This document shows, piece by piece, positions 29,901 through 38,700 of a stretch of DNA of 64,000 nucleotides. Position 1 is the stretch's first letter. Every line of letters starts with the position of its first letter. The position numbers and the translations under genes are program-made. The notes below the pieces were generated by a model. The model was not told the DNA's origin. It worked only from the letters and a program-made list of their open reading frames with translations, and ran no database searches. The stretch lies in the IMG/VR virus record IMGVR_UViG_3300034108_002091; one strand, written 5' to 3'. The DNA comes from an uncultured virus (IMG/VR IMGVR_UViG_3300034108_002091). Taxonomy: Duplodnaviria > Heunggongvirae > Uroviricota > Caudoviricetes.

Positions 29901-31347
29901 TTGGTCAGGATATGGATATGCTACTGCAGATAATAGTAAGTATGACGTAAACTCAATTGGTTCAAAAAACGAACGACAAGTACAGGCAGACTGGACCCTT
30001 CGTGTTAAAGCGATAGCTGAAACGCAAAGGATTGTTGAAAAAATGTATTACAATTCTATTGTAGAAGATACCAACCCGGATTATGCTACAATGAATGCTG
30101 TAACAGACATTGCACCAGGAGGTGTGTATTCGTATTCAACAATTGAGCCCGTAGGTTTTGCTTTGTCTCAGCAATCTTATGTTGAACGAAACTATAAGTT
30201 TTTTTCAACTATCAATACAAACGGAGATAGTACAGGTACATGGATCACTGTGAAAGATCATGTGTCGGACGCAAATAGGAAACTGTATAAAATATGGAGA
30301 GGTAGCAGAAATGAATCAACTCAACTTCTCAACCTTACTATTCCAAATGCTACGTCTGCGAAACTGTACACCCTGAAATATGACAGCTTTTTTCCTGATT
30401 CTTCTTTGCTTGTAGTAACCAGTAATCAGTTATCAGTTACAGCAACAGAGGGAATAAGCTGGGTTGAAGTAGCACTGAACGGAGCTAACTATCCACCTTT
30501 TGTAACACCAGGTCCAAATCAAACAATCAATATTCCTACCACAGTTGCTACCATTAGTTCGGTTGCAAGTGATGCTGATGGTTTTATTGCCAGCTACTTT
30601 TGGGAAAAAATAAGCGGTCCGGCTACAGGCACGATTGTATCTTCTTCGTTACCTACTACTGTGATCAACGGCTTAAATCTTGCGGGTACATATGTCTTTA
30701 GAGTAACGGTTACCGATAACTTAGGTGCTACTTCAACAGCAACAGTATCTGTAATTGTTAATGGCGTTAACCAAGTACCAGTAGTAAGTGCTGGCCCTGA
30801 TCAGACAATTACTCTTCCTTTGTCCAGTGTTACCATGAACGGTAGTGCTTCGGATGCAGACGGTACTATTTCTACCAGGCTGTGGTCTAAAGTATCTGGC
30901 CCGGCGGGAGGTGTGATCTCTTCTCCCGGCTCAAATGTCACTCAGATTTCAGGATTAGGAAATGTAGGAACTTACACTTTCCGGTTTACGGTAACGGATA
31001 ACGTTGGTGCTATAAGCTTTGATGATGTCACCATTACTGTTTTACAACAAGGCTTTGTAGGGGTTCCTACCGTAAATGCAAATACAAAAGCTACGGTTAA
31101 TACCAGTACCAAAATGAGAGCCTATGCCAATGATTCGGATGGTACAATAGCAGCATATCTGTGGACACAGGTTAGCGGTCCGGCTACAGTAAGCTTCTCA
31201 CCAAACAATACTGTTGAAACTACAGTCTCAGGATTGACGACTAATGGGGTGTATGTCATCAGGATCAGAGTTACCGATAATCTTGGAAATCAGGCTAGTA
31301 AGGACGTCCATCTTGTAAAAACATCTAAGTATACACTGATCAAATAA
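26908..31347 (+). CDS. Secreted multidomain protein: alpha/beta-hydrolase, PKD-like Ig repeats, degenerate GH-like barrel, more PKD repeats
   Basis: Signal MKSFFLFLTALLLSFTITA|Q. Esterase motifs 'FHGAGE', 'GLSMGG', 'HATDD' and 'GHNIW'. About six 'ANAG.DQ...D.DGTI.SY.W.K..GP...G.Y...VTDN.G' PKD repeats. Confidence 0.8.
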   Translation: MKSFFLFLTALLLSFTITAQSWTAKPGFTMGVGVGGYYEWLPATYNGTNKLPVIIAFHGAGEQGNGTSQLVNLLNSSIPQQINNGGSPTYPYEAIVICPQYSGWIGGFTITNVINYVRANYSVDTNRIHLTGLSMGGGVIMDFGEQGDLYKVATIVPVCPASGYASAFAARLAYYNRLYYLFHATDDDVVPYSYSTSWVNGLNTLGISPPAQLYTFPSTNYPTISGHNIWSTVYDYGFIAAPGINIHQWMLMRKKSGTSVVTIQFPVANAGNDQVINLPTNTINLTGSATDADGTISSYRWEKVAGPAGGTITSPNSSSTSVTSLQQGTYRYQLRAMDNEFNINIDEIEVVVNASGNATPIVNAGDDFTIVLPSNSTSLTATASDPDGTIASYSWVKIIGPTGGLITSPSAGTTGITGLTQGSYTYRVTVTDNLGATATDEVQVNVIPGSNIPPVANAGTDQTLSLPLTQFTLTGSGTDVDGTVGGYLWTKISGPAGGVISSPTSATTLITSPNVGVYTYRLQVTDNGNATSTDDVQITINPGTGATYKIPVLRDNIYNLNALVMKDAWRLFDGNLSTKIDAVADSFDVRSFPYSTFVALDSIYNLSTVRYRVGISYGGHKLSLQFYDNSFTAIGDTVLMNIAGNNLWYTLSVNRANIRYVEVRGWTNGDVNDNLMEVELIGTAASAAASITPSFVTINSVSDHGVYGNGINTWGERLYRITSAGDTILPRLGKSARIMYAGSDFDIFSQTYNSRLINGPFNLGRYGFNHLGNALSNLSRWGMTSVIGKTGGSIKWLGAGAANNNNNSLRSFTDAQYRQYIETTANPVIDTSWNGLAEQFYTMIALYGSNAVANITGKVILNGSTTLGQNTAGIFEWNNDHNLWWNSNYYISPEAYYIGMKNIYTRGKQADPNAKIYAPAVFGADTLFWKAVYFHHYRLSGLTSVPFDGIMFNSYLNDSRGISHYGTVGLSPEQYNLTTRLQELKTFMNRFFPNKPVIWSGYGYATADNSKYDVNSIGSKNERQVQADWTLRVKAIAETQRIVEKMYYNSIVEDTNPDYATMNAVTDIAPGGVYSYSTIEPVGFALSQQSYVERNYKFFSTINTNGDSTGTWITVKDHVSDANRKLYKIWRGSRNESTQLLNLTIPNATSAKLYTLKYDSFFPDSSLLVVTSNQLSVTATEGISWVEVALNGANYPPFVTPGPNQTINIPTTVATISSVASDADGFIASYFWEKISGPATGTIVSSSLPTTVINGLNLAGTYVFRVTVTDNLGATSTATVSVIVNGVNQVPVVSAGPDQTITLPLSSVTMNGSASDADGTISTRLWSKVSGPAGGVISSPGSNVTQISGLGNVGTYTFRFTVTDNVGAISFDDVTITVLQQGFVGVPTVNANTKATVNTSTKMRAYANDSDGTIAAYLWTQVSGPATVSFSPNNTVETTVSGLTTNGVYVIRIRVTDNLGNQASKDVHLVKTSKYTLIK

Positions 31348-31412
31348 TGAGAATTGGTGAGTAATATGATTTGTATTACTCATCTTTCTTATTTTTGACA
31401 AAATCCTATCTT

Positions 31413-31676
31413 ATGAACTTTTTTAATGAACTGAAGAAAAGGCTCGCCCTTCCTTCCCCCGAATTTTTTAAGCGTATTGCCAAGTTTGGTAAATGGGCTA
31501 TGGCTGTTGGTGGTATTTTGGTACTTCCTCTGGTTCCAAGTGAGCTGGGTGTTGATATCAACCTGCCAGTGAAACTGCCTGCAATTTTCTCTACCATTGG
31601 TGGATATCTGGTTGTTGGTGGATATCTGGTCAAAAAAATGGCTGATCTGACTGTTGAAGATTCTTCTAAACTCTGA
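31413..31676 (+). CDS. Putative holin (two hydrophobic segments)
   Basis: Small membrane protein at the start of the lysis cassette. ATG at 31413. Confidence 0.55.
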   Translation: MNFFNELKKRLALPSPEFFKRIAKFGKWAMAVGGILVLPLVPSELGVDINLPVKLPAIFSTIGGYLVVGGYLVKKMADLTVEDSSKL

Positions 31677-31701
31677 GTAAAAAGCCGGGACGCTTTTTTC
31701 T

Positions 31702-31992
31702 ATGATACAGGAGAAAATTAAAACAGCTGTTCAGACTTGGGTAACACCGTCGCTGGTCATGTTGTGCTTGTATTTTATCAAGACCAATTATGAAGAGATC
31801 CTTCGTAATCAAAAGGAAATGATGCTTGCTATTCCGGTAATGAAGGAAAAGCAAAATCAGCTTGACATACGAGTAACAAACATCGAACGGGTTTTATTTA
31901 CCGATAATATGAATCGCCAGGATAAAACAACGGTATATACATTCAAGCCTTATTTTCTTAAACCCGAGGAAATCAAATTACCACGCGAATGA
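31702..31992 (+). CDS. Single-TM coiled-coil protein (holin/antiholin-like)
   Basis: N-terminal TM segment, coupled to the endolysin start. Confidence 0.45.
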   Translation: MIQEKIKTAVQTWVTPSLVMLCLYFIKTNYEEILRNQKEMMLAIPVMKEKQNQLDIRVTNIERVLFTDNMNRQDKTTVYTFKPYFLKPEEIKLPRE

Positions 31993-32609
31993 TCACTTCA
32001 GCGCAAATACAAGCCTTAATGCCTGCAGCTACTAAGCAGTCAATAGATTTGTATTTGCCTGAATGGATTATTTTTCTTCCTAAGTATGAGGTAACAACTC
32101 CCCTGCGTCTGAGAATGTACTTCTCCCAGATTGCGCACGAGACTGGTCAGCTGAAGCGAATTGAGGAGAACCTAAACTATTCGGCGCCACAGTTGATGAA
32201 GACCTGGCCTAAGCGTTTTTCCAATTTAAACATCGCCCTAAAGTATGCTCGTAAGCCGCAAGCCATTGCCAACTATGTATATGCAAATCGTGGCGGGAAT
32301 GGTCCTGAATCGTCTGGCGATGGATGGAAAAATCGGGGGCGAGGGCTTATACAGACTACTTTCAAAAACAATTATCTCGCTTACTCCAGGGCTATTTATA
32401 AAGACGATCGCTGTGTGGAGAATCCCGATTTATTATTACTTCCTAAAGACGCTGTAGAAAGCAGTTTGTTCTTTTGGAAAAACAATGGGTTAAACTTTCA
32501 TGCCGATCGTGAGGATCTGGTTAAAGCTACCAGAATCATTAACGGTGGCTTGAACGGATTTGATGACAGAGAGAAGTTCTACAATCGTTCAAAATCAATA
32601 TTTATATGA
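31989..32609 (+). CDS. Endolysin, glycoside hydrolase family 19
   Basis: 'FSQIAHETG', 'EENLNYS', 'DGWKNRGRGLIQTT', 'ATRIINGGLNG..DR'. Confidence 0.92.
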   Translation: MITSAQIQALMPAATKQSIDLYLPEWIIFLPKYEVTTPLRLRMYFSQIAHETGQLKRIEENLNYSAPQLMKTWPKRFSNLNIALKYARKPQAIANYVYANRGGNGPESSGDGWKNRGRGLIQTTFKNNYLAYSRAIYKDDRCVENPDLLLLPKDAVESSLFFWKNNGLNFHADREDLVKATRIINGGLNGFDDREKFYNRSKSIFI

Positions 32610-33283
32610 AACTGAAAACCATCATGCTTTGCATCATTGGATCCATTACTATTTTTGCCTGTACCACACAGAAGAAAGTGGAGAAGTTCGCTGATCGCAA
32701 ACCGAAAAAATACGACTACGTTACGCTGAACCATTACAGTATTGTAAAGCATGCACCGTCGTTCAAAAAAATTGTGGACTCGCTCTATCCTTACCGAACA
32801 ATAAAAACGGATACGACTTACATATACGATAGCGTAGCTGTGGCCAGCCAGGTATTTGCTTTTATCAAACTGGCAGATAGTGCATATCAAGAGTTTATCA
32901 GTCAATATTTCGTTCCAAAGGATAGCCTGCTTTTTGTTCGTGATAGTACGGTATCTGTTGTTTCATCCCTGGCAAAATCGCTGATCAGCAAGTCTAACCC
33001 CTGCACTACCATCCAGCGGGTAACAGTAACGGTAAAGGATAGCCTTTCGATTATGGTTCTGGAAGAAAAGCTACGATATGTAGATTCAGTTGCAGTTGGT
33101 CAGAACAATATTCTCATAAACAAATTGGAAACTATTGAAAAAGACCGAGATAAGTTCAAAGAACGAAGTCGCAATTTTATGTGGGCCTTAATAGCCTGCA
33201 TTGCCATTTTTATCCTAGTTGCTGGATTCTTTATTTACCGAGCATTGAAATCTGTCCGGCCTTCAATTGTAAAAACGTCATGA
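32606..33283 (+). CDS. Lipoprotein with C-terminal TM helix (u-spanin-like)
   Basis: Lipobox IFA|C at residue 19. C-terminal TM 'FMWALIACIAIFILVAGFFIY' followed by a basic tail. Directly after the endolysin. Confidence 0.7.
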   Translation: MKLKTIMLCIIGSITIFACTTQKKVEKFADRKPKKYDYVTLNHYSIVKHAPSFKKIVDSLYPYRTIKTDTTYIYDSVAVASQVFAFIKLADSAYQEFISQYFVPKDSLLFVRDSTVSVVSSLAKSLISKSNPCTTIQRVTVTVKDSLSIMVLEEKLRYVDSVAVGQNNILINKLETIEKDRDKFKERSRNFMWALIACIAIFILVAGFFIYRALKSVRPSIVKTS

Positions 33284-33618
33284 AACTACTACTGGCAGTA
33301 TACCTATTTTTTGTTCCCTTTGTTTGGGCTGGCGAGGATCGGGTGTTATTCGTTCCAACGGATCGGATATTTCTTACCTCGGATGCCACCGGAGGAATTG
33401 TTCAATATCAATGGTTGCTGTTGACTGGACCGCCCGGCGCTGCGCTGTGTTCACCGGACAAAGCCAATACTCTGGTAACAGGAATGGTGCAGGGAACATA
33501 TACTTTCCGCATCCGCGTAACCGATAGCCTAGGGGCTCAGCATGCGGATACGCTGCGGGTAATCGTCTACGCAAAGAACAAAAGACTCAGATATAGCGAG
33601 ATTAAGATGATTGAATGA
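33280..33618 (+). CDS. Single PKD-like domain protein with hydrophobic leader
   Basis: ATG at 33280 (ATGA overlap). 'AGED..QYQW..GP..GTYTFRIRVTDSLG' matches the PKD repeats of 26908..31347. Confidence 0.65.
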   Translation: MKLLLAVYLFFVPFVWAGEDRVLFVPTDRIFLTSDATGGIVQYQWLLLTGPPGAALCSPDKANTLVTGMVQGTYTFRIRVTDSLGAQHADTLRVIVYAKNKRLRYSEIKMIE

Positions 33619-33764
33619 CTTTGCATAAACTCTCTTTCGTATGGCAATGGATAATTGTAACACGGCTAGGTATTTCCATACCTGGCCTTTTTCATGAGTA
33701 TTGGTGAAACCAATGTATTGCAATAGGTTATTATTTACTTTTGTCTTATTCATAATCTATATCC

Positions 33765-34403
33765 ATGAAGCAAAACCGCGAAGTTGTTGCCGATCTTGAA
33801 CAAAGACTTGTCACCCTCAAACCAGATTTGAGGTTGAGCAAACGCGCTTTGCTTTTTACGCTCAGGGATATTGCTGCCCAAGTAATCAAGGAAAAAAGCG
33901 AAAACCGAAGACTCTTTCGGAATTCAGAACTATATGTTACAGTAACCCTTGCCCTTCAATCGCAAGGACAGATCATGCGATCAGTAAAGATGCTTCCGGA
34001 AAGATATGACACCACATATGCTAATATTATCCGCGTGTTTTCCCTCGACAGATCGGTAGAATTCATACCCACTACCGCGCACGAACTGCAGTACAAGCGA
34101 ACCCGTAAATATAAGGATCCGTACAAAAAGTACTTCTACTTGGAAGATGACAGGTTATGCGTAGATGATCCAGACATAGATCAAGTGATTGTTTCTGGCA
34201 TCTTCAAAGAACCAATGAAAGCGCGGCAGCTGGATGTAAATGCTGCACCGCTGACTTGTATGTTTCCCATGGAAGATGAGTTTGTATGTCCAAAAGACTA
34301 CATGGCGCTGGTTATGGATTTAGCTGTGCAGAAATTATCCGGCACCGTACAGCTATTGGCAACACAGGATGAACAGCCGGATGCAAATGCAACCCGACGT
34401 TAA
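33765..34403 (+). CDS. Tail tubular/ring protein
   Basis: 'KYFYLEDDRL..IVSGIFKEP..DEFVCP' pattern. First gene of the tail module, after a promoter. Confidence 0.6.
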   Translation: MKQNREVVADLEQRLVTLKPDLRLSKRALLFTLRDIAAQVIKEKSENRRLFRNSELYVTVTLALQSQGQIMRSVKMLPERYDTTYANIIRVFSLDRSVEFIPTTAHELQYKRTRKYKDPYKKYFYLEDDRLCVDDPDIDQVIVSGIFKEPMKARQLDVNAAPLTCMFPMEDEFVCPKDYMALVMDLAVQKLSGTVQLLATQDEQPDANATRR

Positions 34404-34404
34404 T

Positions 34405-34926
34405 ATGCCAGCAAAAGGAAGCAAACGCAAACATCAAAACCGAAAGAACCTGCTAACGATTGAACTGTGGAAACGATATGTGGAGGAAACAGGGGACCAG
34501 ATTTCTCGAGAAGAGTTTTATACAGAGGTGCGCACACTGTTTAAAAATGTGGCGACAACCATATTGGATAATGAACTAGGCTTTAGGATCCCTTCAAAGA
34601 TGGGATACTGGGCTATCACCAAGTATAAAACACCTGAGAACTTTATCGATATGGTTCATTTTCGCAAGACAGGCGAGCGCCGACCGCTGCTAAACTTGCA
34701 CTCATTGGGTAAAACTGCCAGATTGGTCTGGTACAACTATAACCACATCGCTCAGTTTATGCACAGCCGGTTGTATGTTTTTTCAACCTGTAAAGAAATG
34801 CGAAAGCTGCTGCAGCTGAAAATTGAAGACGGTATGGAATATGAAGATCTCAAACATGGTGAAGTATTTATGACAGATAAAGCGCTGCAACGCTTTATAG
34901 AAAAACAACCGTATGGAACTCATTGA
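34405..34926 (+). CDS. HU/IHF-like protein of the tail module
   Basis: 'GFRIPSKMGYWAITK' and 'NLHS' motifs. Position before the tail tubular gene, as in crAss-like phages. Confidence 0.65.
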   Translation: MPAKGSKRKHQNRKNLLTIELWKRYVEETGDQISREEFYTEVRTLFKNVATTILDNELGFRIPSKMGYWAITKYKTPENFIDMVHFRKTGERRPLLNLHSLGKTARLVWYNYNHIAQFMHSRLYVFSTCKEMRKLLQLKIEDGMEYEDLKHGEVFMTDKALQRFIEKQPYGTH

Positions 34927-35782
34927 AGGATTGGTTTTTGAATCGCCGGTAGAGCTTGTTACGCGAGTGCGTAGTCAACTCAAAAGCTTCGATGCTGCAG
35001 GTCAGATCGATGAAGGGGATTTTTATGATTGGATCGCGTATGTTCTTTCCTACCTGAACATCAGCGGCTGGAATCCACAAGCGGCCGTCATAGATATAAA
35101 AAACCAAAAGGGACCACTGCCTGCCAATTTCGCCTACCTGCATGCAGGATATGAGCTGGAATCTTCTTCCGGCTATGCCCCTAAAGGTTACCTGGGTGGA
35201 AACATTATTACCGTTGACAAAATAACCTTTGGGGACTGTACGGAGCCATTGCCTCCTTGTGAGGAAGTAGAAGAAGATTGCGAGGTTCAGGTGAAGTACT
35301 ACATCAACGCAGAGGAAAACAAATGCCGGTTTAAGCCTAAGTTGTTACGCATCAGTAGCCAAATGGTAAGTACACTTTGTGATGAGAAATCGCTTGGCTT
35401 AACCTGTGACAATATTCATGAGTACACGATCATTAAAAACCGTCGGTTGATCATTACCAACTTCAACGGCACGATGCTATTGATGTACCATGGCCTGACG
35501 ATCGATAAAGACACCGGCTTGCCTGCTGTTCCTACAGAACCTGTTCTCCAGGCCGTGATCGAAAAATATGTCATCAAGCGAATCATGGAAGAATGGTGGT
35601 ATAACAACAGCGTTCCGGATATGGAGCGTAAGCTTGCGTATGCCAGCGGTCAGTATGATGAGGCTATGACGGATGCGCGAAGCTTCCTGAAAACACCATC
35701 GTTCAATACGCTTGTCCAGCTTAGCTACAGACGCAGATCGTCTCTGGATAAGTACCAACTCAATACTAAACAATACTGGTAA
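34913..35782 (+). CDS. Tail tubular protein
   Basis: 'I.TNF.G...L.Y.....D.GLP.VP' motif. Immediately precedes the tail stabilisation gene. Confidence 0.7.
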   Translation: MELIEGLVFESPVELVTRVRSQLKSFDAAGQIDEGDFYDWIAYVLSYLNISGWNPQAAVIDIKNQKGPLPANFAYLHAGYELESSSGYAPKGYLGGNIITVDKITFGDCTEPLPPCEEVEEDCEVQVKYYINAEENKCRFKPKLLRISSQMVSTLCDEKSLGLTCDNIHEYTIIKNRRLIITNFNGTMLLMYHGLTIDKDTGLPAVPTEPVLQAVIEKYVIKRIMEEWWYNNSVPDMERKLAYASGQYDEAMTDARSFLKTPSFNTLVQLSYRRRSSLDKYQLNTKQYW

Positions 35783-38700
35783 TGGCTGACAGTTCCCACA
35801 TATCGCTTCCTGTAAAAGGTATGAATACTGATGCTCACGAGTTCACACTTGATGAGCAGTGGTATGACTATGCCCTGAATGCAGAAACGGAAGATGTCGA
35901 CGGACAGGGCAGGCTGATGCAAAACATAGCTTCCCTGATCAAAGCCGTTGACTTTCCAAAAGGATATGATGTCGCGCATGTAAAACCGATTATTGAGCAA
36001 AACAGAATTTTATTTTTTCTTGCAGGGCCTACCAGTATTATTGCTGAAGTAACAGGCGTTAACAATCCTATCCTTCCGGGTGACCTGCATGAACTTGTAG
36101 ATAACGAATGTACAGACTGCCCGGATGATAAAAGGTTGAAGATTGTAAAGACTGAATTAGAAAAGGCGACGTTGAAATTGAACGTCATTGCCAATAGTGA
36201 TTGTCTAAATTTCAATCTTTTATTTCCTATACGGTCTGCATACCGGGTTACAGAATGTGGAATCGAGGTTGTATTTACCGATACGCTGAACGAGCGTCGC
36301 CGTATCGAATTTGAATACACGGATCCGTATGATACAGAAAGCAATCTGAAGGTAGACGAAGACTATTTGAAGATAGAAAGCTATGCTACCCTTGATCCTG
36401 ACTGTGGTATGGATAATCCATCAAGTAGCTTGGAACCGGTTTACGGTACTGAGATAGACTGCACGAAGCTGAGCTTTCAGCCAAAGCAGGATCGCCTTAT
36501 TGTACAACCTATAGAGGAAACGGCTGGTGGATCTCTTCAGGCGGGAGTGTATCAATTCTTTGCTGCAGGTGCAGATGTAAAAGGAGTTGCCCTTACTTCC
36601 TACATGGGATCTACTAACCCGTTTCCTATTTTTTCCCGACCATTGACTGTTCAAACGGATTACAAAACAGGAAAAACGATTGTGCTTAAAACCAATTCTG
36701 TTCCTGGTGGACCGTTTGAGTATTTTAATATAGCCGTTGCAAAAACCGTTAATAATTTCACCACGTTTGAGCTTGTGGGTACATTCCCTGCCGGAACTAC
36801 CAACGTAGTATACACAGGGAATGATACTTACATTCAGCTGAACTCCAACGACATTTTTGAACGGGCCCCTTATTACAAAAATGCAAAGGACGTTACTGCA
36901 TCCAATGACTTTCTATTCTTTACCGGACTACAGGAATGGCCAAAAGGTAACTGGCAAAGAGTAGCCCTGGATATTCGGCTGAAGTGGATTACCCATGAAC
37001 TTCCGCTGGGGGCGTATAAAAACCCGGCCATTGCTACTAACTTCAAAAGCCTGCTTCGTGATGAAGGGTATATGTGGGGAATTGTTTTTGAGTTCACCAA
37101 CGGTGACGAGACGCCGGCTGTAGTATTAGTAAACAGACCAGCATCTGTTTCAGATATGCAACTTGTAAATGATGCAAATTCCTTTGAAGGGGAACAACCT
37201 CGCTATAAGGTATACAATACAGCCAGCGTCACCGCAACTCCCCGGATAGCCTATGATCCAAACAATATTTTCGGAGATGCTATCTGGGAAGAAGGTGACT
37301 TTGCATATGCGGAAAGCGAAGAGACCTATCCTAATAACCAGGAGCAGTGGGGAGAGCTGGCGGGTAAGAAAGTCAGGATCTTCAAGACCCCCGATTTTCG
37401 GACGTCACCGTTTTTCGGTGTCTCGGGCCGGAAAGACATGATATATACCCTTGGGGTTAAAGTGGATCACACCTCGGTATTGGACGCGCTGGATGCAGCA
37501 CTCACCTGTGGGTTTATTTCTGGAGAAGATAGAGGGCGGGTTCGCGGGTACCGTCTTGTACGGGCAAACCGGTCCGGCTGGAATACAATCATAGCCAAAG
37601 GGCTTGTATATGACAGCTGGAGCTATGAAAAGAAAAACAAGACCTACTACTATCCTAACTATCCGTTCAATGATCACCGGGATGATCCATTTATTTCTCC
37701 TACGATCGATACCTACGACCGGGGAGCCGGCGGTGGTTCAGGCCATAACGTAGGTAGTTCATTTAAGAACAAGTTTGTAAACACTGGCCGGTATACGTTT
37801 CATTCACCGGAAACCCATTTCAATAATCCCTCCATTGAAGGATTGACTGAAATGAAAATAGAGTGCGTATCCATTGGTGAGGCCCAGGGTTATTTCAAAG
37901 AGGTAGAGGATCATGCTAAGTACAAACTGCCATCGGTGGCTAACTATACAGCTGCACTATTGATCAGCACACCTCCCGGTAGTTCAAGCTTCAATGGTGT
38001 AAGTTTGTCAGGCCTTGTTTCCGGACCCGTTACCCTGTTAACCAATATGCTGAATATATTGGAAACTTCGCTGGTACCCGGTAATGTTCCGGAAATTAAA
38101 GGTGATCTGGAAAGCATTAACAATTTTTTAAACGACTATACGCTGTGGAAAGAAGTTGCGGAAGCGCTAGTGCCGTTCAGGAACTTCTTTGTGCAGTATC
38201 AGGGAGTAGGTACTTATTTTGGATATCAGCTTTCCGATACATTACAACAGCGACGCAAAATCATCAATAAGGCTTACCTCACTCCCCAATCGGTAGTATT
38301 TACAGAAAACAACAATCCTCTGTACTTCAACAACTGGCAGCGGGAGTCTTCTGTATACCTGAAAATTCAGGATACGATTAAGACCAGCAGCCAGTATACG
38401 ATTGACAATTCCCGGTATACCATTTCTGAGGCGGGAATGTGTACTTCCATGGAACGTCAACTGGATAAATCAATTTCTGCCTACTATGTTTCCCTGAAGC
38501 GACCGCTGGTGTCCCAATACGGAAATATCTTTGGTATCGATTGGCTGGACACTGGAAAGTACAAAGCCCTGTCGGATACAATTGATCATCATGTTTTTTC
38601 CGGAGATACTTTCATTGGGCAGTTTGCGGTTAAAAGAAAGCATCCTTTCTTTTTGTACACCGGAGTAGACTTTAATGCCAACTCGGATTTACTGTATTCG

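Noticed and set aside
33620..33760. Possible ncRNA or small minus-strand gene (33529..33753) in the intergenic gap
   Set aside because: No convincing structure or protein motif. The gap is adequately explained by the tail-module promoter.
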